32,000 nucleotides of DNA from a virus: IMG/VR virus record IMGVR_UViG_3300017971_000311, positions 27,967 through 59,966 of that record. One strand, given 5' to 3'. The notes beneath the pieces are model-generated. The model made no database searches, was not told the DNA's origin, and saw only the letters and a program-made list of their open reading frames with translations. Below are positions 1-7,333 of the stretch, in pieces; position 1 is the stretch's first letter, and the number at the start of each line of letters is the position of its first letter. A program made the translations under genes and the position numbers.

Positions 1-29
1 TGAGTGGGTGGAGGGAGAAAGGCCAGAAA

Positions 30-272
30 GTGAAGAGTAGAGCTTACAGGCGAGCTCAGCGGCAGCGTTTATGGAAGAAGCGCCAAACGTACTACGGCGG
101 CTGGGTGGCTAGGCATGCCTACGGTAAGATGTTCATCGATACGCCTAAGAGATGCTCCTGCTCAGGTTGTAGTCAGAACTGGGAGCGTAAGCACATGGGA
201 CGAGTAACACGGCAGGAAGAGATCTCAGAGCTACGCATGCAGGAGCAGCTCCTTGAAGAGGGGATCGGATGA
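30..272 (+). CDS. Small Arg/Lys-rich protein with CSCSGC cysteine cluster (hypothetical)
   Basis: 80-aa ORF with a GTG start. ATGA overlap with the next ORF. The basic YRRAQRQRLWKKR motif resembles ORFs 6512-6766 and 30263-30622. Confidence 0.5.
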   Translation: MKSRAYRRAQRQRLWKKRQTYYGGWVARHAYGKMFIDTPKRCSCSGCSQNWERKHMGRVTRQEEISELRMQEQLLEEGIG

Positions 273-835
273 ACGTCTACTTGGTGATAGGTCACTTTGC
301 CTGCTTCGGGGATGACTGCTTATGGAATGTGGCAGTTTTTACGGACAAGGAACGGGCAGAGAGCTGGTGCGCTGAGGCCAAGAAGTTTGCTGATCGGATA
401 TATGCGTTGTGCGAGAAGAGTTGGGAGGGTCACGCGCATGCTACGTCTGTTCCGCAAGAGTTCGGTGATCTCTACCACAAAATGGACATGGATTGCATAG
501 GGGATGAGAGTAGCACCGAAGAGGATCTCAAGGCCTCGATGACCGAGTGGGGTCGGTTGCAGGATATGTTCAGGTACAACCTGAACCCATTTGATCACAA
601 GGATTCTGCTATGCAATGGATACGCGAGCGCTGTCCCATCGAGTACCGTGTCCACGATTTTGAGCTCGATCCTCCTTTACCGCAAACCCTCCACCAAGAA
701 ATCACTCCAGAAAACACGCCGCTTCTGGCTAGACAAGTCGCCGAGGCCGACTATAAAAAGCTCCAGGAGTTGTGGGATCTTTCTCCGGAGCAACGCTTCG
801 AGACGTACGACCCGGAAAAAGACGACGACTTCTAG
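269..835 (+). CDS. Hypothetical acidic protein
   Basis: 188-aa ORF with an ATG start overlapping the upstream stop (ATGA). Balanced composition. I recognise no family. Confidence 0.6.
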   Translation: MNVYLVIGHFACFGDDCLWNVAVFTDKERAESWCAEAKKFADRIYALCEKSWEGHAHATSVPQEFGDLYHKMDMDCIGDESSTEEDLKASMTEWGRLQDMFRYNLNPFDHKDSAMQWIRERCPIEYRVHDFELDPPLPQTLHQEITPENTPLLARQVAEADYKKLQELWDLSPEQRFETYDPEKDDDF

Positions 836-837
836 TT

Positions 838-912
838 GGGGGTGTGGTGAAGCCTGGAGTTCACGCGGCGTTGTCAGCGCCGAGGCCGCGGGTTCGAATC
901 CCGTCACCCCCG
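838..912 (+). tRNA. tRNA-Asp(GTC)
   Basis: Acceptor GGGGGTG/CACCCCC. D stem GTGA/TCAC. Anticodon stem CGGCG/CGCCG with loop TTGTCAG. T arm GCGGG-TTCGAAT-CCCGT. Confidence 0.9.
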
Positions 913-998
913 TAGGGAAGCTTTCCGCCAATTCACAAGTAGTTACTTTAAACAAAGGCAACTACGTTAGCCTCAGCCACTTGTGAATTGGAGGCACC

Positions 999-1103
999 AT
1001 GTTTATTGTTGGTCTCACGATTGTTGGTCTGTGTTTGCTGCTCACCATCGGAATGCTCTTCTACGCTATCAGAGACAGAAGAAATCCACCTCATATGTTG
1101 TAA
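999..1103 (+). CDS. Small membrane protein (34 aa)
   Basis: GGAGG lies 5 nt upstream of the ATG. Product is MFIVGLTIVGLCLLLTIGMLFYAIRDRRNPPHML, a single hydrophobic helix. It is below the ORF-track length cutoff. Confidence 0.4.
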   Translation: MFIVGLTIVGLCLLLTIGMLFYAIRDRRNPPHML

Positions 1104-1114
1104 AGTAAGATTGT

Positions 1115-1188
1115 GGCGCGGTAGGCAAGCGGTTTAAGCCACCGGCCTTTCACGCCGGTCATCGCGGGTTCAAATCCCGTCCGCGTCT
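1115..1188 (+). tRNA. tRNA-Glu(TTC)
   Basis: Acceptor GGCGCGG/CCGCGTC. Anticodon stem CCGGC/GCCGG with loop CTTTCAC. T arm GCGGG-TTCAAAT-CCCGT. Confidence 0.9.
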
Positions 1189-1204
1189 TCAGGAGGCGAA
1201 AGCA

Positions 1205-1411
1205 ATGTCTGATGAATATGTAGAGGTTTACGTTGATGAGGTGGTGGCAGAGACCGACGAAGCCATCTTGATCAAACCTTTTATCGACGAGCCCTTTGAG
1301 GCATGGATCCCTAAAAGCTGTATCAGCAAGGATTCGGGGGTGCGCCATAAAGGCGAAGGCGGCGTCTTGGAGATCAAGGAATACATGGCTGAAAAGAAAG
1401 AGCTCATCTAG
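1205..1411 (+). CDS. Hypothetical protein
   Basis: 68-aa ORF preceded by AGGAGG 8 nt upstream. Confidence 0.6.
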   Translation: MSDEYVEVYVDEVVAETDEAILIKPFIDEPFEAWIPKSCISKDSGVRHKGEGGVLEIKEYMAEKKELI

Positions 1412-1419
1412 GAGCGATC

Positions 1420-1770
1420 ATGTATTATTTGATCCATCCGGTCGCTCCTGAGGGCATCGAGACACCAGATTCCAATGTGGAATCGGCCCTCACCTACTTG
1501 GACTACTTGGTGCGCGAGCTCAGCCTTCCAGTAGCCGCTCCATGGGTACCTTACGTAATGCTCTACGGGAATAGTCCAGAGCACCGAGAGGCATGCTTAG
1601 AGAACTCCATCAAGATGCTTAAGCGCTTTGACGGAGTGATTATGGTGGGGCCACGGTTCTCAGCGGGCATGCGCGCAGAAGCGAGGGCAGCTATGGAAGC
1701 CGGCAAAGAAGTAATCGACGCCATCGGCACATGGGATCACTTCGTCGCGGTGTTTCGCGAATGGCTTTAG
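1420..1770 (+). CDS. DUF4406 / nucleoside 2-deoxyribosyltransferase-like protein (tentative)
   Basis: 116-aa ORF. The pattern Y..HP...N...A....L...V..PW...R...D...L...DGVIM...S.GM..E...A...GK.V recalls the DUF4406/DUF1937 family. This is from memory, not searched. Confidence 0.45.
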   Translation: MYYLIHPVAPEGIETPDSNVESALTYLDYLVRELSLPVAAPWVPYVMLYGNSPEHREACLENSIKMLKRFDGVIMVGPRFSAGMRAEARAAMEAGKEVIDAIGTWDHFVAVFREWL

Positions 1771-1773
1771 TCG

Positions 1774-1959
1774 ATGGCCGTCCTCGCCTGCGTTACAAAC
1801 TGGAGATGTCCTTCATGTGGGGAGGAGTCTCTGGACAATGATCCATGGGAAGGACCTGTGTACTGGGCAATGCCGGTCGATTTGCCTGTGTGGTGCTTCC
1901 TTTGCGGCTGGATGGGTACCGTCGGTGATCTTTCTGGAAACACGGAATTCAAATTTTAA
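1774..1959 (+). CDS. Zinc-ribbon mini-protein (hypothetical)
   Basis: 61-aa ORF carrying CPSC ... CFLC cysteine pairs. Confidence 0.5.
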   Translation: MAVLACVTNWRCPSCGEESLDNDPWEGPVYWAMPVDLPVWCFLCGWMGTVGDLSGNTEFKF

Positions 1960-2032
1960 GGGGCTGTAGCTCAGCTGGGAGAGCGCTAGAATCGCACTCT
2001 AGAGGTCAGGGGTTCGATCCCCCTCAGCTCCA
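1960..2032 (+). tRNA. tRNA-Ala(CGC)
   Basis: Acceptor GGGGCTG/CAGCTCC with a G3:T70 wobble, the Ala identity element. D arm GCTC-AGCTGGGA-GAGC. Anticodon loop ATCGCAC. T arm AGGGG-TTCGATC-CCCCT. Confidence 0.9.
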
Positions 2033-2048
2033 AATCGGATTACGCTAT

Positions 2049-2300
2049 ATGGTATTGTCAAGTAAGATGTATGAATCTTTGGCAGGTCGTACTGTTCGCC
2101 TTTTGCGCGCGTATACCGTCGAAGAAGATTGCCTACCTTCAGCTCCATTTAAATTCAGCATTTGTCTTCCCAAAGGATTACGGGGCACCGTGATCAAAGT
2201 GGTCATGATTCCAGAATCTAAGGTATTCGTGGACTTCTCTATCGGCGAGACAAAAATTCAATGCTGGATCCCCAAATTACTCACCGAACTTGTAAAATAG
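2049..2300 (+). CDS. Hypothetical protein
   Basis: 83-aa ORF with no recognisable motif. Confidence 0.5.
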   Translation: MVLSSKMYESLAGRTVRLLRAYTVEEDCLPSAPFKFSICLPKGLRGTVIKVVMIPESKVFVDFSIGETKIQCWIPKLLTELVK

Positions 2301-2334
2301 CTGGTAGTAGTTCTAGCTCACAGGAGAACCAGCT

Positions 2335-2646
2335 ATGCCAGAGGACAGAAAATCAGACTTAGTAGAAATCGGGGCACTGTGGATTGGGGAAACGAAGACG
2401 GGGGAGATGTATCTCAACGGGAAAATGGGTAGAGCCAAACTGCTCGTGTTCCGCAACAAGTTCAAGGACACAGATAGGCATCCAGACTACAAGGTCTACG
2501 TCACCAATCCTGAGCGTCAAGATCAAGATCGAGCGCAGCCGCCAGCAGACAAGTTCCAGCAGTCTATGACATCCCCGCAGCAAGATAAGAAGTCCGATAG
2601 CCACGTTCCACCAGACGAGGATCCCTACGACGAGATTCCATTCTGA
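2335..2646 (+). CDS. DUF736-like protein with SSB-type acidic C-terminal tip
   Basis: GGAGAA RBS. The N-terminal LLVFRNKFKDTDRHPDYKVYV matches the DUF736 hallmark (vf.N..K....PDYrv). The C-terminus DEDPYDEIPF resembles the SSB tail DDDIPF. Confidence 0.65.
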   Translation: MPEDRKSDLVEIGALWIGETKTGEMYLNGKMGRAKLLVFRNKFKDTDRHPDYKVYVTNPERQDQDRAQPPADKFQQSMTSPQQDKKSDSHVPPDEDPYDEIPF

Positions 2647-2658
2647 GGTGCAATCATC

Positions 2659-3573
2659 ATGCTCGATCGTATTAGAAAAGCCTTTCGCGAGAACGTCTAC
2701 ACGCATCTTATCAACGACGATCGTCTACCCAACAAAAAGAAGGGGTCGGTGTGGCGCCACGGACGTTTGTACATTCGCCCTCGCAAAGAAAAGAGGCTGA
2801 AGCTCACGAACAGATCTCCAGAGGCACATGTCAGCTGGGCGCTTCTTGGGGCTGCTCATCATTTGTGCTTCCACATTCGCCTGGAGTCTCCAGGTGGAGA
2901 AGATGACATCAGCATTTCCGGTGGCATCCCGTACCTCTTCTACTTAGGAGGAAGTGTAGAGGGGCTAGTACCGCAGGAGGTCAAGCAGTGGATCGGTCTC
3001 TACAATCCAGGCGCCAAGACAGGGGACGTCTATATTGACAGGTCCATTGGCTGGTCGATTCACGACGGCACTGCTTGGATTTCCATCTGGGAAAACGATA
3101 ACGGGTGGAGCAGTAGAGACCCGAAGTGGTGGAAGTTCAACTTTTCCATCAACCCTCTAGATCTTCTGGGCCGCAAGAAGTACACTAGCGAGGTCGTCGA
3201 GGAGAAGACGGTGGCCATCCCGATGCCTGAGGGAAGCTACCCAGCGAAGATTAAGTTGTGTGCAGATACATGGGCACGTCCGCGCTGGCCTCGTTGGCCG
3301 TTCTCGGAAACCATTTTGCGCATGCACGCTGATATGGTCAAACCCATCCCCACTCCCGGTAAAGGCGAAAATTCTTGGGATTGTGGTGACGATGCGGTGT
3401 GCGGTTTAACAGCTCCCGCGCGCACAATGGAAGAGGCGGTAGGTAAGCTAGTAGCTACTGCTTTGCAGGACAGGCAGCGTTACGGTGGAAGCCACGAGTT
3501 CACACCGCGGGATCCACCTCCTGATGAAGCCACAGAAAATGCGCCGGTAGAGATGAAGAACGCCGATGCCTAA
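2659..3573 (+). CDS. Hypothetical protein (304 aa)
   Basis: Long ORF with a GAGGTG RBS. Trp-rich. No family recognised. Confidence 0.7.
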   Translation: MLDRIRKAFRENVYTHLINDDRLPNKKKGSVWRHGRLYIRPRKEKRLKLTNRSPEAHVSWALLGAAHHLCFHIRLESPGGEDDISISGGIPYLFYLGGSVEGLVPQEVKQWIGLYNPGAKTGDVYIDRSIGWSIHDGTAWISIWENDNGWSSRDPKWWKFNFSINPLDLLGRKKYTSEVVEEKTVAIPMPEGSYPAKIKLCADTWARPRWPRWPFSETILRMHADMVKPIPTPGKGENSWDCGDDAVCGLTAPARTMEEAVGKLVATALQDRQRYGGSHEFTPRDPPPDEATENAPVEMKNADA

Positions 3574-3577
3574 GACG

Positions 3578-3664
3578 ATGCGCGATTTATTACTGGGCTT
3601 CACTGTAGGCGCGGTGATCTTCTCTGTTCTAGCGTTGACTCTAGGATACTGTTACCATGGCTGA
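3578..3664 (+). CDS. Possible 28-aa membrane peptide
   Basis: Product MRDLLLGFTVGAVIFSVLALTLGYCYHG. The stop overlaps the next ATG (ATGGCTGA). It is short, so weakly supported. Confidence 0.3.
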   Translation: MRDLLLGFTVGAVIFSVLALTLGYCYHG

Positions 3665-3839
3665 AGAAAACGGACATGATTGGATCACCAACGGGCTCGA
3701 ACAGGCAGTCCCATTCACAGGCCCACAGCCAGATGATGAACCACGGGTAGAGCATGTTCCAGAGGACCTGGCTAGCGTAGCGCGTGATGCGGGTATGCTC
3801 ATTAATCCAGCAATTGCTAGGCACGGGAAGCTAGCTTGA
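3657..3839 (+). CDS. Hypothetical protein
   Basis: 60-aa acidic ORF. Confidence 0.45.
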   Translation: MAEENGHDWITNGLEQAVPFTGPQPDDEPRVEHVPEDLASVARDAGMLINPAIARHGKLA

Positions 3840-4276
3840 CCGTGGGGATAGGGTCTAAACGAAAACGCCTTAGGCGCTTAAAGGCAAAGTACGGTGGTCC
3901 AGGGCTGCTACCAGCAGGAGAAACGAAAATGAAATTGAAGTATGGTGGTTCAGGTGTACCTCCTACAGGACCGCATCCCAATCCTCCTCGTCCGAAACCG
4001 CGCCCGGATTCTCACAAAGAAGACGCTTGCAAGTGCTCCAACGACTGCGGTGCTACAATAGCTGCCCTGAAGATGCTTGCGCAGTCCCTGGAACGAGAAA
4101 ATGAATTTCTGCGCGACGAGCTCAAGCGGCTGCGCGAAGGAGCCCCAGAAAATTGGGTCCACCTAGGCCAAGGTGGGGAGTACGTCCGCAATTTGGGGGA
4201 TCCTTTGTGGGAGCGCGGCGAGTTCGTGTGTGAGTATAAAGAACCAAAAGAACCAGGAGAATCCGATGACAAGTGA
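3836..4276 (+). CDS. Hypothetical protein with KxKYGGxG tandem repeat and coiled coil
   Basis: TTG start overlaps the upstream stop. An alternative ATG at 3929 has an AGGAG RBS. The repeat is LKAKYGGPGLLPAG / MKLKYGGSGVPPTG. A heptad-like LERENEFLRDELKRLREG segment follows. Confidence 0.55.
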   Translation: MTVGIGSKRKRLRRLKAKYGGPGLLPAGETKMKLKYGGSGVPPTGPHPNPPRPKPRPDSHKEDACKCSNDCGATIAALKMLAQSLERENEFLRDELKRLREGAPENWVHLGQGGEYVRNLGDPLWERGEFVCEYKEPKEPGESDDK

Positions 4277-5372
4277 TAACGGGGGCCTGAATTTCAACGA
4301 GATAAAGCTCACAGCAGAAATAGTTTTCAGAAAGAAAAGCGGAGCCATCATCGACCTCAGCGATCCGGATTTTTCGGGCTCCAATTTTTTCAAGGCGTGG
4401 CATGAAGGGGTTGTTTGGCGTGATATCGAGTTAGAGTTAACAGGCGCAACGTGGGAAGATCTTACTTCTTACGTTCGTAGTGTTTCCCTCTCGTCCAACC
4501 CCATAACGCTCTTTGAGCTGCTGGAGAATTTCTGCACCCCCATCCAGGAGTGCGTGCTCTCGCTCAACGAGCAGCTCAATCTCGTTCATCGCTTTCTAGA
4601 CAATCAAAGTCTTCCGCCAGAAGGTATTCCTGTAATTAATCTTGAGGGCAAGGAACAGGTTGTGTGGACTACCAACGGCTTGTCCGATGGAACGGTGGTT
4701 GAAGGAACCCTTCCAGCCAATAAGCTGTATCCCTACGTATACCCTGTGGACAGCACCTTCATTATGGATCAGATGGAGCTCTTCAAAGAGGATATTTCTG
4801 TGAAGGAGCTCTTCCACAAGGTTGTTCTCTGCATGTTGAAGGTGGCTACCAAAGACAACGCTACCTTATGCTTCATGCTGGACCAGGCAGCAGAAGCGCA
4901 GGGGCATCGTTATGCAGCCGAGCAGCTATCGCCAGCATCAGTGCAGTATCTTCGGCATGAGATTGAAAAGTGGCAGCTACCGGCCCCGCAGATGCTGGTC
5001 ACCCCCAGAGCCGTGTCTGAGCTCCTGGGGGATCCAGACCATATCCGGTTCATGGATTTGGTAACAAAAATGGAGCTCTTCTCGCGAGGTATTGTTGGGC
5101 GATGGGGCGGCATAGAGCTCATCTGCGTGGGGTCCAACTACGATAGTTTTGTGGAGTATGGCAGCCACTCAGAGGCGATGTTGTGCACTGCGCCCTCCTC
5201 TTTGGGGATTAGGCAGGTGCGTGTTCCGTTGCTGGTGCACCCAGTCATCTTGCCGCCACCTACCACGCAGAAGACACCACCCGAAAAAGTTGGGTGGTAT
5301 GTGTATCAAAAGGTCACCACCAGCATCCTTCAGTCTCGTGGTGTGGCCACCTGTACGCGTTTGAAGAAGTAG
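4266..5372 (+). CDS. Hypothetical 368-aa protein, possibly HK97-fold capsid-like
   Basis: ATG at 4266 follows GGAGA and overlaps the upstream stop. The C-terminal pattern G.VGRWGGIELICVGSN...MLCTAPSSLGIRQVRVPLLVHP loosely resembles major capsid C-termini. The functional call is very tentative. Confidence 0.6.
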   Translation: MTSDNGGLNFNEIKLTAEIVFRKKSGAIIDLSDPDFSGSNFFKAWHEGVVWRDIELELTGATWEDLTSYVRSVSLSSNPITLFELLENFCTPIQECVLSLNEQLNLVHRFLDNQSLPPEGIPVINLEGKEQVVWTTNGLSDGTVVEGTLPANKLYPYVYPVDSTFIMDQMELFKEDISVKELFHKVVLCMLKVATKDNATLCFMLDQAAEAQGHRYAAEQLSPASVQYLRHEIEKWQLPAPQMLVTPRAVSELLGDPDHIRFMDLVTKMELFSRGIVGRWGGIELICVGSNYDSFVEYGSHSEAMLCTAPSSLGIRQVRVPLLVHPVILPPPTTQKTPPEKVGWYVYQKVTTSILQSRGVATCTRLKK

Positions 5373-5384
5373 GGCGGCACACAC

Positions 5385-5630
5385 ATGGAACACAAATACT
5401 ACTGTGCAGTTATCGTCAACGAGCATGACAGGAAGCCACGCAACTGCCTTTTCAAGAGCGTGTTCCCTCCTTTGTGGGTTGTTGGTTCTTATTCCAGTGG
5501 TATGTGGGCCACGCAGCGCTTTATTCTTTTGAATTTCTGGGAAATTTCTGAAGAGCATTATCTCCAGTTTCCCTCAGAAATGAGAGATTTTGCGGAGAGC
5601 ACGTGGCAGCGCAGGAACGAAGCTCTATAG
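5385..5630 (+). CDS. Hypothetical protein
   Basis: 81-aa ORF. Confidence 0.5.
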   Translation: MEHKYYCAVIVNEHDRKPRNCLFKSVFPPLWVVGSYSSGMWATQRFILLNFWEISEEHYLQFPSEMRDFAESTWQRRNEAL

Positions 5631-5639
5631 GTCGTTACG

Positions 5640-5846
5640 ATGCCCCTTTACGAGTACCTTTGCAACAGCTGTGGTGAGCTCACCGAGCATGAGTGCAAGA
5701 TGGCTGACCGTCCCAAGCAGGTGCGCTGCGAGCACTGCAGCTCGACGAACACGCAGCAGCTCATTTCCGGTACCAGCTTCATGCTAAAAGGCGGTGGCTG
5801 GGGTTCCTCTGGGTATTCATCCGGAGGAAAGAAAAAGAGGAAGTAG
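5640..5846 (+). CDS. FmdB-family zinc ribbon protein (CxxC_CxxC_SSSS)
   Basis: The MPLYEYLCNSCGE...CEHCSS motif is followed by a Gly/Ser-rich tail, typical of the FmdB family. Confidence 0.8.
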   Translation: MPLYEYLCNSCGELTEHECKMADRPKQVRCEHCSSTNTQQLISGTSFMLKGGGWGSSGYSSGGKKKRK

Positions 5847-6089
5847 ATGTCCTACGATGTCAACGGTAAAGTGGGGTATGAAGTTAAGTACTGCTCCAAT
5901 TGCCTGGCAGCTGGTATATTAAGTGAGGTGCGTGGTGAGATTACTCCGTCAGCCTTGCACAAGTGCGAAGCGTGTGGTTTCACGCATGGTGGGTTTAAGG
6001 CTGCCAGAGCTAAAGAGTTTCTGCAGAGGAAGATAGACATCCTCCAAAGCGCTATGGCCCAGCTAAATAAGAATGACCTCGGATCATAA
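5847..6089 (+). CDS. Zinc-ribbon protein (hypothetical)
   Basis: 80-aa ORF abutting the previous stop. Cysteine pairs CSNC ... CEAC. Confidence 0.6.
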   Translation: MSYDVNGKVGYEVKYCSNCLAAGILSEVRGEITPSALHKCEACGFTHGGFKAARAKEFLQRKIDILQSAMAQLNKNDLGS

Positions 6090-6273
6090 GAAAGCACCCG
6101 GACCTAATGGCCGCATTATGCTGCGCCTTCCTAAGTCTCTACACAAGAAGTGCGTGGAGCTTGCCAAGCGGGAAAATACGAGCCTCAATCAGTTTATCTT
6201 AGGTGCCGTTGCTGAGAGGGTGGGCGCTACTCAGATGTACCACGAGCTCGCAGATCGGTTAGAGCAGAAGTAA
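6073..6273 (+). CDS. Ribbon-helix-helix DNA-binding protein, HicB-antitoxin-like
   Basis: IMLRLPKSLHKKCVELAKRENTSLNQFILGAVAERVG matches the HicB/Arc-type RHH pattern. No HicA-like partner is present. Confidence 0.7.
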   Translation: MTSDHKKAPGPNGRIMLRLPKSLHKKCVELAKRENTSLNQFILGAVAERVGATQMYHELADRLEQK

Positions 6274-6279
6274 GTCTTC

Positions 6280-6308
6280 TTGACATCTCGCCTTTTTCTG
6301 CCATTAGT
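6280..6308 (+). promoter_or_regulatory. Sigma70-type promoter driving the tRNA cluster
   Basis: cTTGACA (6280-6285), 17-nt spacer, ATTAGT (6303-6308). tRNA-Asn starts about 25 nt downstream. Confidence 0.6.
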
Positions 6309-6332
6309 CGTGAAGGTTTATACAAAATACGA

Positions 6333-6403
6333 GGGTTCATAGTTCAATGGCAGAACGAGTGGCTGTTAACCACTAAGTCCCAGTTCGACTCTGGGTGAGC
6401 CCG
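6333..6403 (+). tRNA. tRNA-Asn(GTT)
   Basis: Acceptor GGGTTCA/TGAGCCC. D arm GTTC-AATGGCA-GAAC. Anticodon stem AGTGG/CCACT with loop CTGTTAA. T arm CCCAG-TTCGACT-CTGGG. Confidence 0.85.
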
Positions 6404-6410
6404 CTAGGCC

Positions 6411-6476
6411 CTTCTTGTAGCTCAGCTGGTAGAGCATGGGACTCCGAGGTCGTGGGTTCGAGTCCCACCTGGCCCG
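6411..6476 (+). pseudogene. Truncated tRNA-like element (canonical D and T arms, no acceptor pairing, 3-bp mini anticodon hairpin)
   Basis: TA-GCTC-AGCTGGTA-GAGC and GTGGG-TTCGAGT-CCCAC are canonical. Only 15 nt lie between them where about 22 are expected. The 5' strand CTTCTTG cannot pair with CTGGCCC. Confidence 0.4.
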
Positions 6477-6511
6477 CTACTTATGTCGAGGCGACGCGCG
6501 AGGAGCCGTTG

Positions 6512-6766
6512 ATGAGTAGATCACGCAAACGAAGTCGGGTAGTAGTAATCGTTCGAGGCAGTCTTGGCAGGCTTTTCCGACGTAGGGCGAACAAGGCTAT
6601 GCGTCGGCGCACGAAGCTAGCGCTTGTTCGAGGTCGATATGAGCACGCTCCCAGGCGGCTTGAGGAGGTAAGCGATATCTACGATTACAAGGACTGGAGT
6701 CGTTACGTAACCAGTGAGGACTCTGAGAGCTTGCACCGTGCGCTCAAGAAGCAGATGCGGAAGTAA
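6512..6766 (+). CDS. Small Arg-rich protein (hypothetical, possible RNA binder)
   Basis: The internal ATG at 6512 follows GAGGAG. The annotated ORF start at 6395 would run through tRNA sequence. Contains the FRRRANKAMRRRTKLAL basic motif. Confidence 0.55.
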   Translation: MSRSRKRSRVVVIVRGSLGRLFRRRANKAMRRRTKLALVRGRYEHAPRRLEEVSDIYDYKDWSRYVTSEDSESLHRALKKQMRK

Positions 6767-6840
6767 CGGGCGGAGGGCTTGAAGGTAAGCCGCCTGACTG
6801 GGGGTCAGGAGTTGTGCGGGTTCGACTCCCGCTCGCCCGA
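6767..6840 (+). tRNA. tRNA-Pro(GGG)
   Basis: Starts immediately after the stop codon. Acceptor CGGGCGG/TCGCCCG. D stem GGCT/AGCC. Anticodon stem CCTGA/TCAGG with loop CTGGGGG. T arm GCGGG-TTCGACT-CCCGC. Confidence 0.9.
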
Positions 6841-6850
6841 TAGGTACTTT

Positions 6851-6923
6851 GGTGCCGTAGCTCAGCAGGTAGAGCAGTGGACTGAAAATCCACGTGTCGG
6901 TGATTCGACTTCACCCGGTACCA
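6851..6923 (+). tRNA. tRNA-Phe(GAA)
   Basis: Acceptor GGTGCCG/CGGTACC. Anticodon stem GTGGA/TCCAC with loop CTGAAAA. T arm GGTGA-TTCGACT-TCACC. Confidence 0.9.
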
Positions 6924-6928
6924 CTTCG

Positions 6929-7002
6929 CGGGGAGTAGCTCAGACTGGAAGAGTGCTCGGTTCGGATCCGAGAGGTCGCAGGTTCAAGTCCTGTCTCCCC
7001 GA
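6929..7002 (+). tRNA. tRNA-Pro(CGG)
   Basis: Acceptor CGGGGAG/CTCCCCG. Anticodon stem CTCGG/CCGAG with loop TTCGGAT. T arm GCAGG-TTCAAGT-CCTGT. Confidence 0.9.
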
Positions 7003-7014
7003 TTTCTTCCTACC

Positions 7015-7043
7015 TTGACATCGTCATCCATTCAGCTTATGCT
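7015..7043 (+). promoter_or_regulatory. Sigma70-type promoter
   Basis: cTTGACA (7015-7020), 17-nt spacer, TATGCT (7038-7043). Confidence 0.6.
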
Positions 7044-7126
7044 CTTACCGATTCTGAAGAGGCAGGCGCAACAGCTCTTCGGAAGTTGGCAGCTGGGGGC
7101 GCCACTCCGCTGCCGCCCTCTTGTTT

Positions 7127-7333
7127 ATGGGGTGCGTTATGTGGGACACCTTTGAGGATGGTTACCGCGACGCTTCGGGGGGTTGGCCTCCGAGGGGGTA
7201 CAAAGAGGATTACAAGCGCGGGCGCGCAGCGTGGCACAAGGAAGCCAGGAGACGGCTTCTTGCTTCTTTAGATCCTACTAAACCAAAGCACATATCTATT
7301 TTGATCCGGCTTCCAGAAGAGTCACCAGAATAG
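7127..7333 (+). CDS. Hypothetical protein (start uncertain: 7121 TTG, 7127 or 7139 ATG)
   Basis: ORF of about 68 aa downstream of promoter 7015. Its 3' end converges on and overlaps the minus-strand gene. Confidence 0.4.
   Translation: MGCVMWDTFEDGYRDASGGWPPRGYKEDYKRGRAAWHKEARRRLLASLDPTKPKHISILIRLPEESPE

Noticed and set aside
6395-7018. ORF-track entries 6395-6766 (N-terminal part) and 6779-7018.
   Set aside because: They are read through tRNA genes (mini tRNA, Pro, Phe, Pro). Only the 6512-6766 portion, with its own RBS, is kept as a CDS.
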